Shown here: positions 43,190 through 52,530 of the stretch, piece by piece
Layout of the letters: each line of letters begins with the position of its first letter
How positions within the stretch are numbered: the first letter of the stretch is position 1
Origin: an uncultured Flavobacteriales bacterium
GTDB taxonomy: Bacteria > Bacteroidota > Bacteroidia > Flavobacteriales_D > Sanyastnellaceae
Reading direction: 5' to 3'
DNA length: 64,000 nucleotides
NCBI GenBank assembly: GCA_963933635.1
Contig: CAWVVM010000006.1
Span: forward strand, 9,481-73,480
Position numbers and translations under genes: made by a program
The notes under the pieces: model-generated
The model's database searches: none
Told to the model about the DNA's origin: nothing
Seen by the model: the letters and a program-made list of their open reading frames with translations, nothing else

Positions 43190-44944
43190 TCACTGGCCCG
43201 CAAATGGCACTGGCGTGCCCAATCGGTCCATGGCGCATCGGAACCCGATGCTTGCTGAGCTTTGGCGCTCGTCCATGTAGCGACGTGTCCCGGGAATTAG
43301 GTAGTAGGCCCTGTCGTCCCATCCGCCGCCTTTGTAGACGCGGCTGCGATTGCTGATCAAAGTAGACCCACCGAAGTTGTAGACCCTCTTTTCTTCCATG
43401 GTGTCTTCTTCCTTGCTCTGTGCGGCAAAATCGAAGGAGCTGTTGCGGTCTCCGTCGAGGTAGTCGACGTTGTCGGCCACTCGGTAGTTGGTGCGGTTGA
43501 GGTTCTCTTCGAGGCTCTCTTTTCTTTTTTGCATTTCCCCTGGCAGAGCATCGATGTTGTTGCTGAATCCTTTGCGCAAATCTGCCGCTGCGAGTGCGTC
43601 ACTGTCCACGATGAGGTCCATGGCGTCTTGCATCAATGTTTGTGCTTCCTCGAAGCGCTGGGCCGCAAGACGCTCTTCCGCGTCGCTCACTTTTTGGTTC
43701 AGGTTGCCGATCAAATCGGTGTCTTCAGGGGTCAAAGCCTGTACGGTGTTGCCCTGCGTTTCGTACTCCCGGAGGAATGTCTTGACACCGTCGATGTCGT
43801 AGACCACATAGTCGTACTTGTCGACAGGATTGCCTTCGGCATCGAGTCTCTTGGTCTCGTAGACATTGCCACGGAAGGGTCTAAATTCATTGTTGTCCTG
43901 AATGGACAACGGACGGTACACGTCCATGACCCACTCGCTCACATTGCCGGCCATGTTGTAGAGTCCGTAGTCGTTGGGGGCGTATTGGTAGACGTTCACG
44001 GTGATGTCTCCAAAATCATCCAAAGCGCCGGCCACACCCATGTAGTCACCATTTCCCTTGACGAAGTTGGCATTGATGGAACCGTACCCTCCGTTGCGGC
44101 TGTCTCCATTCCGTACGAAGTGACCGTTCCAAGGGTAGGTCTTGCGCTCAGCCACAAGCTCACCTAGGCTGTTTCCGATGAGACCCAAAGCTGCGTACTC
44201 CCACTCAGCCTCAGTTGGGAGGCGATAATTGGGCAAGAGCACACCATCTTCAACTTTGACATCGCGGAATTCGCTGTTCAAGCCGTAGCTCGGCAGGCCT
44301 TCTCTCAGGCGCTCGCCCTGGTACTGTCCGGACAGATAAGTTTCTGTGGTGAAATGTTCTTCATCGATTTGGGCATCGGGGTTGTGCAACAGAAGTCCTT
44401 CCCGCACCAAAATTCCTTCGTTCACACGGTCGGAACGCCACTTGCAAAAGTCAGTGGCTTGCAACCAGCTCACCCCCACGACGGGATAGTCCCGATAGGA
44501 TGGATGACGCATGTAGTAGTTGACAATGGGCTCATTGTAGGCCAGCTTGTTTCTCCATGCGGCCGTATCTGGCAAGGCACGCTCTACAATCTCCGGGTAC
44601 GAGGAGCCATAGATGCGCTGGAGCCAATTGACATACTCGAGGTAAAAATGGTTGGTCACCTCTGTTTCATCCATGTAAAAGGAAGAAACCGTGGTTCGCC
44701 TAGGGATGTTGTCCCACGCGTAGGTCAAGTCATCGTCCACTTGGCCCATGGTGAAAGTACCGCCCTCCACGAAGATGAGGCCAGGCCCTGTTTCTTGTTC
44801 AAAATAGGCTGTGCGCTCGAACCCACCGTTGGATTCGAAGTTGTATGCCCAACCTGTGGCGCCAGAGCGCTCGTAGTAGCAGCCGTTCAGCGTCATCAAG
44901 CCAATAGAGACACTGAGCAAGCCCAGAATGTGCTTTTGCGTCAT
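43190..44944 (-). CDS. gldJ: gliding motility lipoprotein GldJ (FGE-sulfatase/SUMF1-like fold)
   Basis: Lipobox LMTLNGC. The N-terminal block GATGWAYN...GLIFVEGGTFTMG...FYMDETEVTN and the C-terminal RVYKGGGWDD match GldJ. It is adjacent to murF and porU, as I recall for F. johnsoniae. Confidence 0.85.
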   Translation of the reverse strand: MTQKHILGLLSVSIGLMTLNGCYYERSGATGWAYNFESNGGFERTAYFEQETGPGLIFVEGGTFTMGQVDDDLTYAWDNIPRRTTVSSFYMDETEVTNHFYLEYVNWLQRIYGSSYPEIVERALPDTAAWRNKLAYNEPIVNYYMRHPSYRDYPVVGVSWLQATDFCKWRSDRVNEGILVREGLLLHNPDAQIDEEHFTTETYLSGQYQGERLREGLPSYGLNSEFRDVKVEDGVLLPNYRLPTEAEWEYAALGLIGNSLGELVAERKTYPWNGHFVRNGDSRNGGYGSINANFVKGNGDYMGVAGALDDFGDITVNVYQYAPNDYGLYNMAGNVSEWVMDVYRPLSIQDNNEFRPFRGNVYETKRLDAEGNPVDKYDYVVYDIDGVKTFLREYETQGNTVQALTPEDTDLIGNLNQKVSDAEERLAAQRFEEAQTLMQDAMDLIVDSDALAAADLRKGFSNNIDALPGEMQKRKESLEENLNRTNYRVADNVDYLDGDRNSSFDFAAQSKEEDTMEEKRVYNFGGSTLISNRSRVYKGGGWDDRAYYLIPGTRRYMDERQSSASIGFRCAMDRLGTPVPFAGQ

Positions 44945-44997
44945 GAGAGGTGCAGTTTCAATTTTCAAGTTTCGTAGTGCAGGATGTGATGTCAGAC

Positions 44998-45993
44998 TCA
45001 GAAGGTGGGGCAGGCTACCGTGCGAAATTTCGATCGTTGTGGCGAAGCAAATTTCATGCTCAAGCTGAGCTCGTGGGCACCACCTGTTGCAGGGGTGAGA
45101 TCTGAAATTGTGATGTCGTAGCTATAGCCAAAGCGCATGAGGCCTGTTTCCACGCCTAGCAAAACAATCAATGCGTCGCGGGTGTCTTCCGAGAAAAAGC
45201 CTCGGTGCCAGATGCCTCCTACAAGAGGACCCTTGCTGACGTAGACGCCGAGATTCAACTGCTGGAATTCTCCCTGAACGCGGTAAAGCACGTTGGGAGA
45301 AATCCAAGCTTCCACGCCTTTCACAGAACGTTGAAGTGGGAGCTTGGCACCACCATGGGCGGTGATCTTCATGGGCAAACGACTCACACCCACAACCAAA
45401 CTTTCATTGGGCTCGTTCAGGTGGGATGCCGCAGCGCCGACGTAGAACTTCTCAGTGAAGGCCAAAAGACCCGCTCCGAAGTCAACTTTTTTGACGGTTT
45501 CGCCGCGCGGGGTGTCTGCCGTTTCGTAGATGAAGCCGCGACGAGGATCAATCATGTCCCCAAAGGTCAAATTGCTCCAGTCCAAAGCCTTTTGGAAGTA
45601 GCTCGCCTCCAGGGCCGCCCGCAAGGAAAGCTTTCGTGTGACGGCCTGCTGGTAGGAATAGGCACCTGTGATCCTTGTGGTGTTGAGGGTGCTTTGGCCT
45701 GCCTGGTCGTGCATGACGCTCAATCCCAAACCTCCTTGGATGGAATTGAACTGTTGGTCATAGCTGACCGCTTGGGTCACAAACGCGCCACTCATCGAAG
45801 GCCATTGGTTCCTGTGCGACATGACCACACGCGGTCCCCGGGCTGTTCCAGCAAAAGCGGGATTCAGCAGCATGGGGTTGGAGTAGAATTGTGAGAATTC
45901 AGGGTCCTGGGCGTGCGCCTCCGTGGGGAAAACCCCCACAAAAAGAACAGATGTCAAGGCCGCAAGGGCAAGGCAGGAGATAAATTTCGTCAT
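44998..45993 (-). CDS. T9SS membrane protein, PorP/SprF family
   Basis: Signal peptide, then the family signature QDPEFSQFYSNPMLLNPAFAGT. Beta-barrel-like remainder ending ...ACPTF. ATG at 45993. The 467-aa ORF-track version is an upstream extension. Confidence 0.8.
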   Translation of the reverse strand: MTKFISCLALAALTSVLFVGVFPTEAHAQDPEFSQFYSNPMLLNPAFAGTARGPRVVMSHRNQWPSMSGAFVTQAVSYDQQFNSIQGGLGLSVMHDQAGQSTLNTTRITGAYSYQQAVTRKLSLRAALEASYFQKALDWSNLTFGDMIDPRRGFIYETADTPRGETVKKVDFGAGLLAFTEKFYVGAAASHLNEPNESLVVGVSRLPMKITAHGGAKLPLQRSVKGVEAWISPNVLYRVQGEFQQLNLGVYVSKGPLVGGIWHRGFFSEDTRDALIVLLGVETGLMRFGYSYDITISDLTPATGGAHELSLSMKFASPQRSKFRTVACPTF

Positions 45994-46135
45994 GATCGGA
46001 GTCGCTGTTGAACCCACAAGAATACGAAAAAATACCGAGCATTGGGCCAAAAGAGGCCTTCTAGGGTGCCAAAACCAAGCGCCATTCTGGGGTCTCATGG
46101 GGACTGGGCAATATGCCTCACCTTTGTGCGTAGGT

Positions 46136-49100
46136 ATGTCAATGGCTGTCTTCAATTTCCCATGGAATTCTCCCACGAAAGTGCGCGTCTTGTGCTCAGT
46201 CTTTGACGCACCTTTCGGAAGGTTGTTCACATCCCAACGTGTGCGGCACCAGTCCTGGTATGGCAGGACGCTCTTTTTCTCTTGCTTCTTGTTGGGATTG
46301 GGGTGGGGCGCTGGCAGCTGCTGGGGCCAGGAAGATGTGGTGGAAGTGCAATTGATTTGGGGGGAGTCGGAGTGGCTTTCTTTGCTCGACCAACCTTCCA
46401 AGAGCCCATTGTGGCGTGCAGTCCATCCACTCGATTCGCTGTGGAATGGAGTTGAAGTTCTCGACGAAAGATTGACATGGGAGCCGTGCTTGGGCGAGTG
46501 CCTTGAACGTTTGAACTCCCAAGTCCGAAAGGCGATGGCAGCCCCATGGCATTGGAGCGTTCAACAGGCAAATGGCCACGCTCGCTTGGTGGGCGAAGGG
46601 GGGGCGTTGAGGAAGTCCGATGCGGGATGGGAACGTTTGGTGTCTCTGGATGCCACATTGGGGGCTTCACCGGCACAATCATCACGCGTGGTGAGGGATT
46701 GGCCCACTTCTAGTGCAAGATCGTCAGGAACGTGGGTGGCGTTTGCCACCACAGAAGAAGGGGTGCATTGCATGGGATACGACCAGCTTTTGGAGGTGGG
46801 GTTGCAACCTGAGGAACTCACGCCAACCTCGCTTCGTTTGTTTGGACAGGGAGGCGGAATGTTGCCCTTTGAAAACGATGCAGACCGGCCATTGGACATG
46901 CCGCAACAGCGGGTGGTTTTCCGTGGATTGGACGACGGAAGTTTTGATCCCGGAGATGAAGTGTGCTGGTACGCCCGTGCCCACGAGCGATGGGACTGGG
47001 AACCATCTGGTGGCTGGTCCCACCAGGCTCCTTTTTGGGGAGACACCGCCAAGTGGTACCTCCGCATCGATGCCGATGACACCATTCCACTGGCTTCCAT
47101 CACGGCGGCGGATCCTTATGACGGCGCGATAGACGACACGCGCATTGCCCATTTGGCCTACGGGGTCGAGGAACGGCACGATGAGAACTTGATCCGATCG
47201 GGCCGGAATTGGTTTGGCACAAGGCTCTCCTCTTTGGGGGCCAACACCAAGTCCTGGAACATCAGCATCCCTGGCGCCATTGCTGGCGAAGAGGCCACCA
47301 TTGAGTTTGCGGCCGCAATGCGCACCACGGGGTCTGGATCTGGATCGGAGTTGGTGTACGCTTGGGAAGGTGAAACCCTGTCCCTGACGGACAACTTGCT
47401 TTCCCCCTCCTCTCTTGCGTTTGCGGGGTACCGGAGTGGGGCCATGACTGCTCAATTGACGCAACCTGGTTTGCAGGTCCTGGCCACCCTCAACCCGGGC
47501 AGCGACGACAGCAATGCGTGGATGGATTATTTGGCTTACCAGGTCCCTCAATCGCTGGTTTTTTCAGGAGGCCAAATGGCCATCAACGGCCTGCCTGTTG
47601 ATGGTGAGGGCAACAATGTGGAAGGAGCGCAGTACCTCCTTGGCGGTAGCCCGACGCCCGATGCGGTTTGGGATGTGACCGACCCCCTCGATGTTCATGA
47701 GTTGCCCTTGGAGGATTTGGATGGCGCCTTGTCGTGGTCATCTTCTGCATCGGAGGTTCGCCGTTTTTGGGCCTTTCGTTGGAGTGCTGCCAAGCGTCCG
47801 ATGCCTCTTGGCCCCGTTCCCAATGTCAATTTGCATGCCTTGGGTGAAGTGGATTACGTAGTGGTGACCGTTCCCTCCTTGGCGGCGCCTGCCGACTCTT
47901 TGGCCTCCCTTCATGCGGCGCTCGGCCGTCGTGTCGCCGTGATCCAGCAACAGGCCGTCTTTGATGCCTTCAGTTCGGGGGTCGCCGATCCCACAGCCAT
48001 CAAAATGCTGATGATGATGTTGCGCGACCGCGCCTTGGCCAGTGATGGGGCATTGGAGGCCCCCAAGTACCTTTTGATCATGGGCGATGCCTCCTATGAA
48101 AACAGGAACATTCAAGGCAATGGGAATCTTGTGGTAGGCCACTACTCTCAAGAGTCTCTGTTGACCACAACGAGTTACATCTCCGACGATTACTTTGCCT
48201 TGACTGCGGAAGGCCAAGGCGAGCGGCCAGAAGACCTTCTTCAAATTGGTGTGGGCCGGATTCCTGCTCGGGACCAAGACGCAGCTTGGGCTGTCGTGCA
48301 GAAGGTTGCCACTTACTTGGGTTTCGATGAATCGAGCGAAGACGCAGCCTCGTGTTTGGACCCCAATGGAACAAGCAGCTTTGGGCCGTGGCGAAACAGG
48401 GTTTTGTTTGTGTCAGATGACCAAGATGGCAACAACCAGGATGGGCATCGTTACATGGACAACAGCGAGGAACATAGCACGGCCATCCAAGAACAACATC
48501 CGGAATACGACATCTTGAAGGTCTATCCGGACGCTTACGAGCAAACGAACACCCCTGGAGGAGAGCGTTATGCCGATGCCGCAGAGGAAATTGGCCGCCG
48601 CGTGGACGAAGGGGCTTTGATTGTGAATTACATCGGGCACGGGGGAGAGCGGGGATGGGCGCACGAGCGCATCTTGAACATGGAAACCATTCAGTCTTGG
48701 ACGAATCTTCGTCGCTTGCCCATTTTCATGACGGCAACATGTGAGCTGTTTCGATACGACGACCCTGAGATTTACTCGGCTGGCGAGGCCATTTTGTTCA
48801 ACCCCAAGGGCGGGGCTGCCGCCCTTCTGACCACCACGCGAACGGTCTACAGTGCGGGCAACCAACAAGTCAACCGAGCCTTTTTTGAGACGGCACTGGA
48901 CAGTGACCAAGGGCAGCGATGCCTTGGCGACATTTACCGCGACACGAAGAATTCAGAGGCCATCCTAGCCCACACAAACAGCCGAAATTTCAGCTTGATG
49001 GGGGATCCAGGGTTGGAGGTTGCTTATCCCAAGCATCGGGTGTTTCTCACCGACATCCCAGACACCCTGAAGTCATTGGATTTGGTCACGGTCCGTGGAT

Positions 49101-50095
49101 ATGTAGGGACCGAGTCAGGGGACACTTTGACGGGGTTTGATGGAGCCGTGGTACCGACGGTGTTCGACAAACGAGCGACGGTCACCACGTTGGACAATGA
49201 CGCCTCGGAGGGACCTTTCGTGTACGAGGTGTTTCAAAACATCCTGCACAAGGGATTGGCCTCCGTGAAAGGCGGGGTGTTTGAATTCAACTTCATTGTG
49301 CCAAGGGACATCGATTACACCTTCGGAACGGGGCGTATCAGTTGTTATGCACTGGGAAACGGCACCGATGCGCATGGGCGTTCTGAGGATTTTGTCATTG
49401 GCGGAACTTCTGAAAATCCGCTGATGGATGACGACGGTCCTGTGGTGGAGCTGTTCATCAATGACACTCTATTTAAGGATGGAGACCTTGTTCACGAAGA
49501 CCCATGGTTGTTTGCCCGGATTTTTGACGAGAGCGGCATCAACACTTCAGGAGTAGGCATCGGGCATGATGCCAAGGCAATTTTGGACGGGAATGCGGGG
49601 TCGCCCTATGTCCTCAATGAGTATTTCGTCTCAGACTTGGACACCTACCAGCGTGGTTCGATCCGCTTCCCCTTTCAAAATTTGGAAGAGGGAACCCATC
49701 AGTTGACATTCAAGGTGTGGGATGTAGCCAACAACAGTTCGAGTGCTGAAACCCATTTCGTGGTGGCCTCTTCTTTAGAGGTGGCTTTGCTCGAAGTGCT
49801 GGCATACCCCAATCCGGCGGTGGAGCAAGTGACGTTCCGCATGGCTGGCAACCAGGCCTGTCGGCCTGCCAACGTTCGACTGGACGTCTTTGACATTCGC
49901 GGAGGGAGGGTCCACACAGAGACCTTTGAGGGAGAGGTTTTGGGTTTCCGAGACGATGTCATGACTTGGGATTTGAAACCTTCTTCGGGACAACGCGTAC
50001 CTCCCGGTGTATATGTGTTCCGTGTGACATGGGAGAATGAAATTGGCCAGGCTGCACAATACGCAGATAAATTGGTCGTTCTTCGACCCCAATGA
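46136..50095 (+). CDS. porU: T9SS C-terminal signal peptidase/sortase PorU (C25 gingipain-like)
   Basis: C25 His/Cys dyad context VNYIGHGGERGW ... IFMTATCELF. C-terminal type-A CTD-like beta sandwich (AYPNPAVEQVTFRM...GVYVFRVTWEN). The start is uncertain: ATG 46136, ATG 46097, or a GTG near 46241 preceding LFFSCFLLGLGWGAGSCWGQ. Confidence 0.85.
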   Translation: MSMAVFNFPWNSPTKVRVLCSVFDAPFGRLFTSQRVRHQSWYGRTLFFSCFLLGLGWGAGSCWGQEDVVEVQLIWGESEWLSLLDQPSKSPLWRAVHPLDSLWNGVEVLDERLTWEPCLGECLERLNSQVRKAMAAPWHWSVQQANGHARLVGEGGALRKSDAGWERLVSLDATLGASPAQSSRVVRDWPTSSARSSGTWVAFATTEEGVHCMGYDQLLEVGLQPEELTPTSLRLFGQGGGMLPFENDADRPLDMPQQRVVFRGLDDGSFDPGDEVCWYARAHERWDWEPSGGWSHQAPFWGDTAKWYLRIDADDTIPLASITAADPYDGAIDDTRIAHLAYGVEERHDENLIRSGRNWFGTRLSSLGANTKSWNISIPGAIAGEEATIEFAAAMRTTGSGSGSELVYAWEGETLSLTDNLLSPSSLAFAGYRSGAMTAQLTQPGLQVLATLNPGSDDSNAWMDYLAYQVPQSLVFSGGQMAINGLPVDGEGNNVEGAQYLLGGSPTPDAVWDVTDPLDVHELPLEDLDGALSWSSSASEVRRFWAFRWSAAKRPMPLGPVPNVNLHALGEVDYVVVTVPSLAAPADSLASLHAALGRRVAVIQQQAVFDAFSSGVADPTAIKMLMMMLRDRALASDGALEAPKYLLIMGDASYENRNIQGNGNLVVGHYSQESLLTTTSYISDDYFALTAEGQGERPEDLLQIGVGRIPARDQDAAWAVVQKVATYLGFDESSEDAASCLDPNGTSSFGPWRNRVLFVSDDQDGNNQDGHRYMDNSEEHSTAIQEQHPEYDILKVYPDAYEQTNTPGGERYADAAEEIGRRVDEGALIVNYIGHGGERGWAHERILNMETIQSWTNLRRLPIFMTATCELFRYDDPEIYSAGEAILFNPKGGAAALLTTTRTVYSAGNQQVNRAFFETALDSDQGQRCLGDIYRDTKNSEAILAHTNSRNFSLMGDPGLEVAYPKHRVFLTDIPDTLKSLDLVTVRGYVGTESGDTLTGFDGAVVPTVFDKRATVTTLDNDASEGPFVYEVFQNILHKGLASVKGGVFEFNFIVPRDIDYTFGTGRISCYALGNGTDAHGRSEDFVIGGTSENPLMDDDGPVVELFINDTLFKDGDLVHEDPWLFARIFDESGINTSGVGIGHDAKAILDGNAGSPYVLNEYFVSDLDTYQRGSIRFPFQNLEEGTHQLTFKVWDVANNSSSAETHFVVASSLEVALLEVLAYPNPAVEQVTFRMAGNQACRPANVRLDVFDIRGGRVHTETFEGEVLGFRDDVMTWDLKPSSGQRVPPGVYVFRVTWENEIGQAAQYADKLVVLRPQ

Positions 50096-50131
50096 TGCGC
50101 CGTTCACTTGATTAACTTTGGCAACTCTACG

Positions 50132-51394
50132 ATGAAGCACATCTTCCACATCTCTCTATTTGGCCTCTTGTTTGGGGCGATGTTGACCCTTGCCACACCG
50201 GTTTGGGGCCAAATCGAAGAAGATCCCGCACAGCTGTTGCAGCTGAACACAATCACCACTGCGGTCCCCTTCTTGATGATTGCCCCCGATTCGCGTTCTG
50301 GCGCAATGGGAGACGTCGGTGTAGCCTTGTCCCCCGATGCGAACAGCATGCATTGGAATCCGGCCAAAATGGCCTTTTCCGAAAATGAGGTGGAAATGAG
50401 CATGAGTTACGCGCCCTGGCTTCGCGCTTTGGTGGACGATATGAACCTAGCCTACGTCAGCTCTGTTCGCAGGCTCAACAAAAGGCAGGCGTTCGGCGTT
50501 GCGTTGCGCTACTTCAGCTTGGGGAACATCACCTTTACCGACGAAGTGGGGACGACCATCCGGGATTTCCAGCCAGCGGAGTTGAGCTTGGACGGAGGGT
50601 TCTCTCAAAAGTTTTCTGACAAATTCAGTGGAGGTTTTTCTGCGCGCTTCATCCACAGCAACCTTACAGGCGGGACATCTGTGCAAGGTGCCGACAGCCG
50701 TCCTGGCATTTCTGTAGCGGCCGATTTGAGCATGTACTACGTGAACGATGAGGCCGATTGGGGGAGCAAGGACGGCATCTTCAGTTGGGGGATGAACATG
50801 AGCAACCTTGGGGCAAAGATGTCCTACACTGAGACGACCGCGAGGGATTTCATCCCGAGCAATTTGAGGTTGGGTGCTGCATATGAAACAATCCTTGACG
50901 ATTACAACAGCCTGACCATCGCCTTGGATGCGAACAAGCTCCTGGTCCCCACACAACCTGTGTACGACTTTGACGAGAATGGGGCCCAATACATTTTCAG
51001 TGGAAGGGATCCGAACGTTGGTGTGGCCACCGGCATTGTTCAGAGTTTTTACGATGCCCCAGGCATCGTAGTGGAACCCACCAACGGAGACGATCCCTAC
51101 ATTTTGGAGGGCAGCCGTTGGAAAGAAGAGTTGCGTGAAGTCAACCTTGGCGTAGGCATGGAATACAATTTTGCCGATGTGTTTGCCTTTAGGTCTGGTT
51201 ATTTCTACGAGCACTTCAGCAAGGGCAACCGCCAATTCATTACGTTGGGTGCAGGTGTCAAATACACAGTTTTCACTGTGGATTTGAGCTACTTGATCAG
51301 CACCACACAGCAAAATCCGCTGGCCAACACGTTGCGGTTCTCGTTGCGGTTGCAGTTCTCGGATTTGGCCGAGTTCGCACAAGACAACGAATGA
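50132..51394 (+). CDS. porV: T9SS outer-membrane shuttle protein PorV (LptO)
   Basis: Signal peptide, then LNTITTAVPFLMIAPDSRSGAMGDVGVALSPDANSMHWNPAKMAF, the conserved PorV N-terminal block. Immediately downstream of porU. Confidence 0.85.
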   Translation: MKHIFHISLFGLLFGAMLTLATPVWGQIEEDPAQLLQLNTITTAVPFLMIAPDSRSGAMGDVGVALSPDANSMHWNPAKMAFSENEVEMSMSYAPWLRALVDDMNLAYVSSVRRLNKRQAFGVALRYFSLGNITFTDEVGTTIRDFQPAELSLDGGFSQKFSDKFSGGFSARFIHSNLTGGTSVQGADSRPGISVAADLSMYYVNDEADWGSKDGIFSWGMNMSNLGAKMSYTETTARDFIPSNLRLGAAYETILDDYNSLTIALDANKLLVPTQPVYDFDENGAQYIFSGRDPNVGVATGIVQSFYDAPGIVVEPTNGDDPYILEGSRWKEELREVNLGVGMEYNFADVFAFRSGYFYEHFSKGNRQFITLGAGVKYTVFTVDLSYLISTTQQNPLANTLRFSLRLQFSDLAEFAQDNE

Positions 51395-51885
51395 GCCTAC
51401 GTATCGGATACGGTTACGACGTGCACCAGCTCGCTGAAGGCGAAGACCTGGTGATTGGTGGCCTCACAGTGCCCCATGACAAGGGGTCCGTGGGCCACAG
51501 CGATGCAGACGTCCTTTTGCATGTCATTTGCGATGCGCTGCTAGGTGCCTTGGCCCTTGGCGACATTGGCACCCATTTCCCCGATACCGACATGTCCTTC
51601 AAGGGCATTGACAGCAAAGTGCTGTTGAAGCGCACTTGGGACCTTGTCCAAAGCCATGGATGGACCCTCTCCAACATGGACACCACGGTCTGCTTGCAGA
51701 GGCCCAAGTTGAAGCCTCACATTCCGCAAATGCGCCAGTGCATTGCCGATGTACTTGGTGTGGATGTGACGTGCATCGGGATCAAAGCCACCACCACAGA
51801 AAAGCTTGGCTTTGTGGGAACGGAGGATGGCATTTCAGCCCACGCCGTCGTGCTTTTGGAGCCCCTCAGGCAGACTTCAGCCTAA
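51391..51885 (+). CDS. ispF: 2-C-methyl-D-erythritol 2,4-cyclodiphosphate synthase
   Basis: RIGYGYDVH...GHSDADVLLHVICDALLGA..LGDIGTHFPD. ATGA overlap with the porV stop. Confidence 0.95.
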   Translation: MSLRIGYGYDVHQLAEGEDLVIGGLTVPHDKGSVGHSDADVLLHVICDALLGALALGDIGTHFPDTDMSFKGIDSKVLLKRTWDLVQSHGWTLSNMDTTVCLQRPKLKPHIPQMRQCIADVLGVDVTCIGIKATTTEKLGFVGTEDGISAHAVVLLEPLRQTSA

Positions 51886-52530
51886 GGGCTCTTCGAAGTG
51901 ATCGGGCTCCTTGTCCCCCGAGAAGTGAATTTTCAAGTTGGCCGTATCTCGAAGCAGGTCCACCTTCCCAATTTCCAAATGCACAATGCTGACGCCGGTG
52001 CGCCTCTCGAGATCTGCAATGAGTTCTTTCCTCTTGCCCTCTTGTAAAAGGTCAATTCGGTCGTACACGACCATTTTGGTGGCGAGATGTTCGACAAACC
52101 AGAGGCGCTCCAGCACGAAGCTCAAGGCCCAAATCAGAACATTGGCCAGCACAATCTCCACCCATGAAGCTGCCACGGGTGCAAGGGCATTGATAACAGC
52201 CAGGGCAATGACGATGAACAAATAGGTCATTTCCCGGATGGGGATGGCATTGGTGCGGTACCGGATGATGCCGAAGATTGCGAAAAGGCCCAGGGCGAAG
52301 GCGAGGTCAATTTCAACCCCAGCAAGCAAGCGGCAAAGCAAGAAGACTGCGGTGGAGACCAGCATGAACGTGAAGACGAAATCGCGTCGTTTGGCGGCCA
52401 TGTGGTAGATCAAACGCACGACCACAACTGCAGACAACAAGTTCAAACCAAACAGGAGCAAGAGTCCCACCCAACCGGAATTGGACAGAGAAAGTTCAAG
52501 GGCAATTTGTGGCATGGCGAGGGCAATCAT
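51877..52530 (-). CDS. DUF4956-family membrane protein
   Basis: Four or five TM helices. Has the conserved segment FALGLFAIFGIIRYRTNAIPIREMTYLFIVIALAVINAL that I associate with DUF4956. The soluble C-terminal tail ends DHFEEPLG. Confidence 0.7.
   Translation of the reverse strand: MIALAMPQIALELSLSNSGWVGLLLLFGLNLLSAVVVVRLIYHMAAKRRDFVFTFMLVSTAVFLLCRLLAGVEIDLAFALGLFAIFGIIRYRTNAIPIREMTYLFIVIALAVINALAPVAASWVEIVLANVLIWALSFVLERLWFVEHLATKMVVYDRIDLLQEGKRKELIADLERRTGVSIVHLEIGKVDLLRDTANLKIHFSGDKEPDHFEEPLG

Noticed and set aside
45923-46135. Upstream extensions of porU (ORF-track start 45923) and of the PorP/SprF-like gene (ORF-track start 46401)
   Set aside because: The two extensions overlap each other on opposite strands and lack signal peptides. 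Both proteins have sensible starts closer in (46136 or nearby, and 45993).
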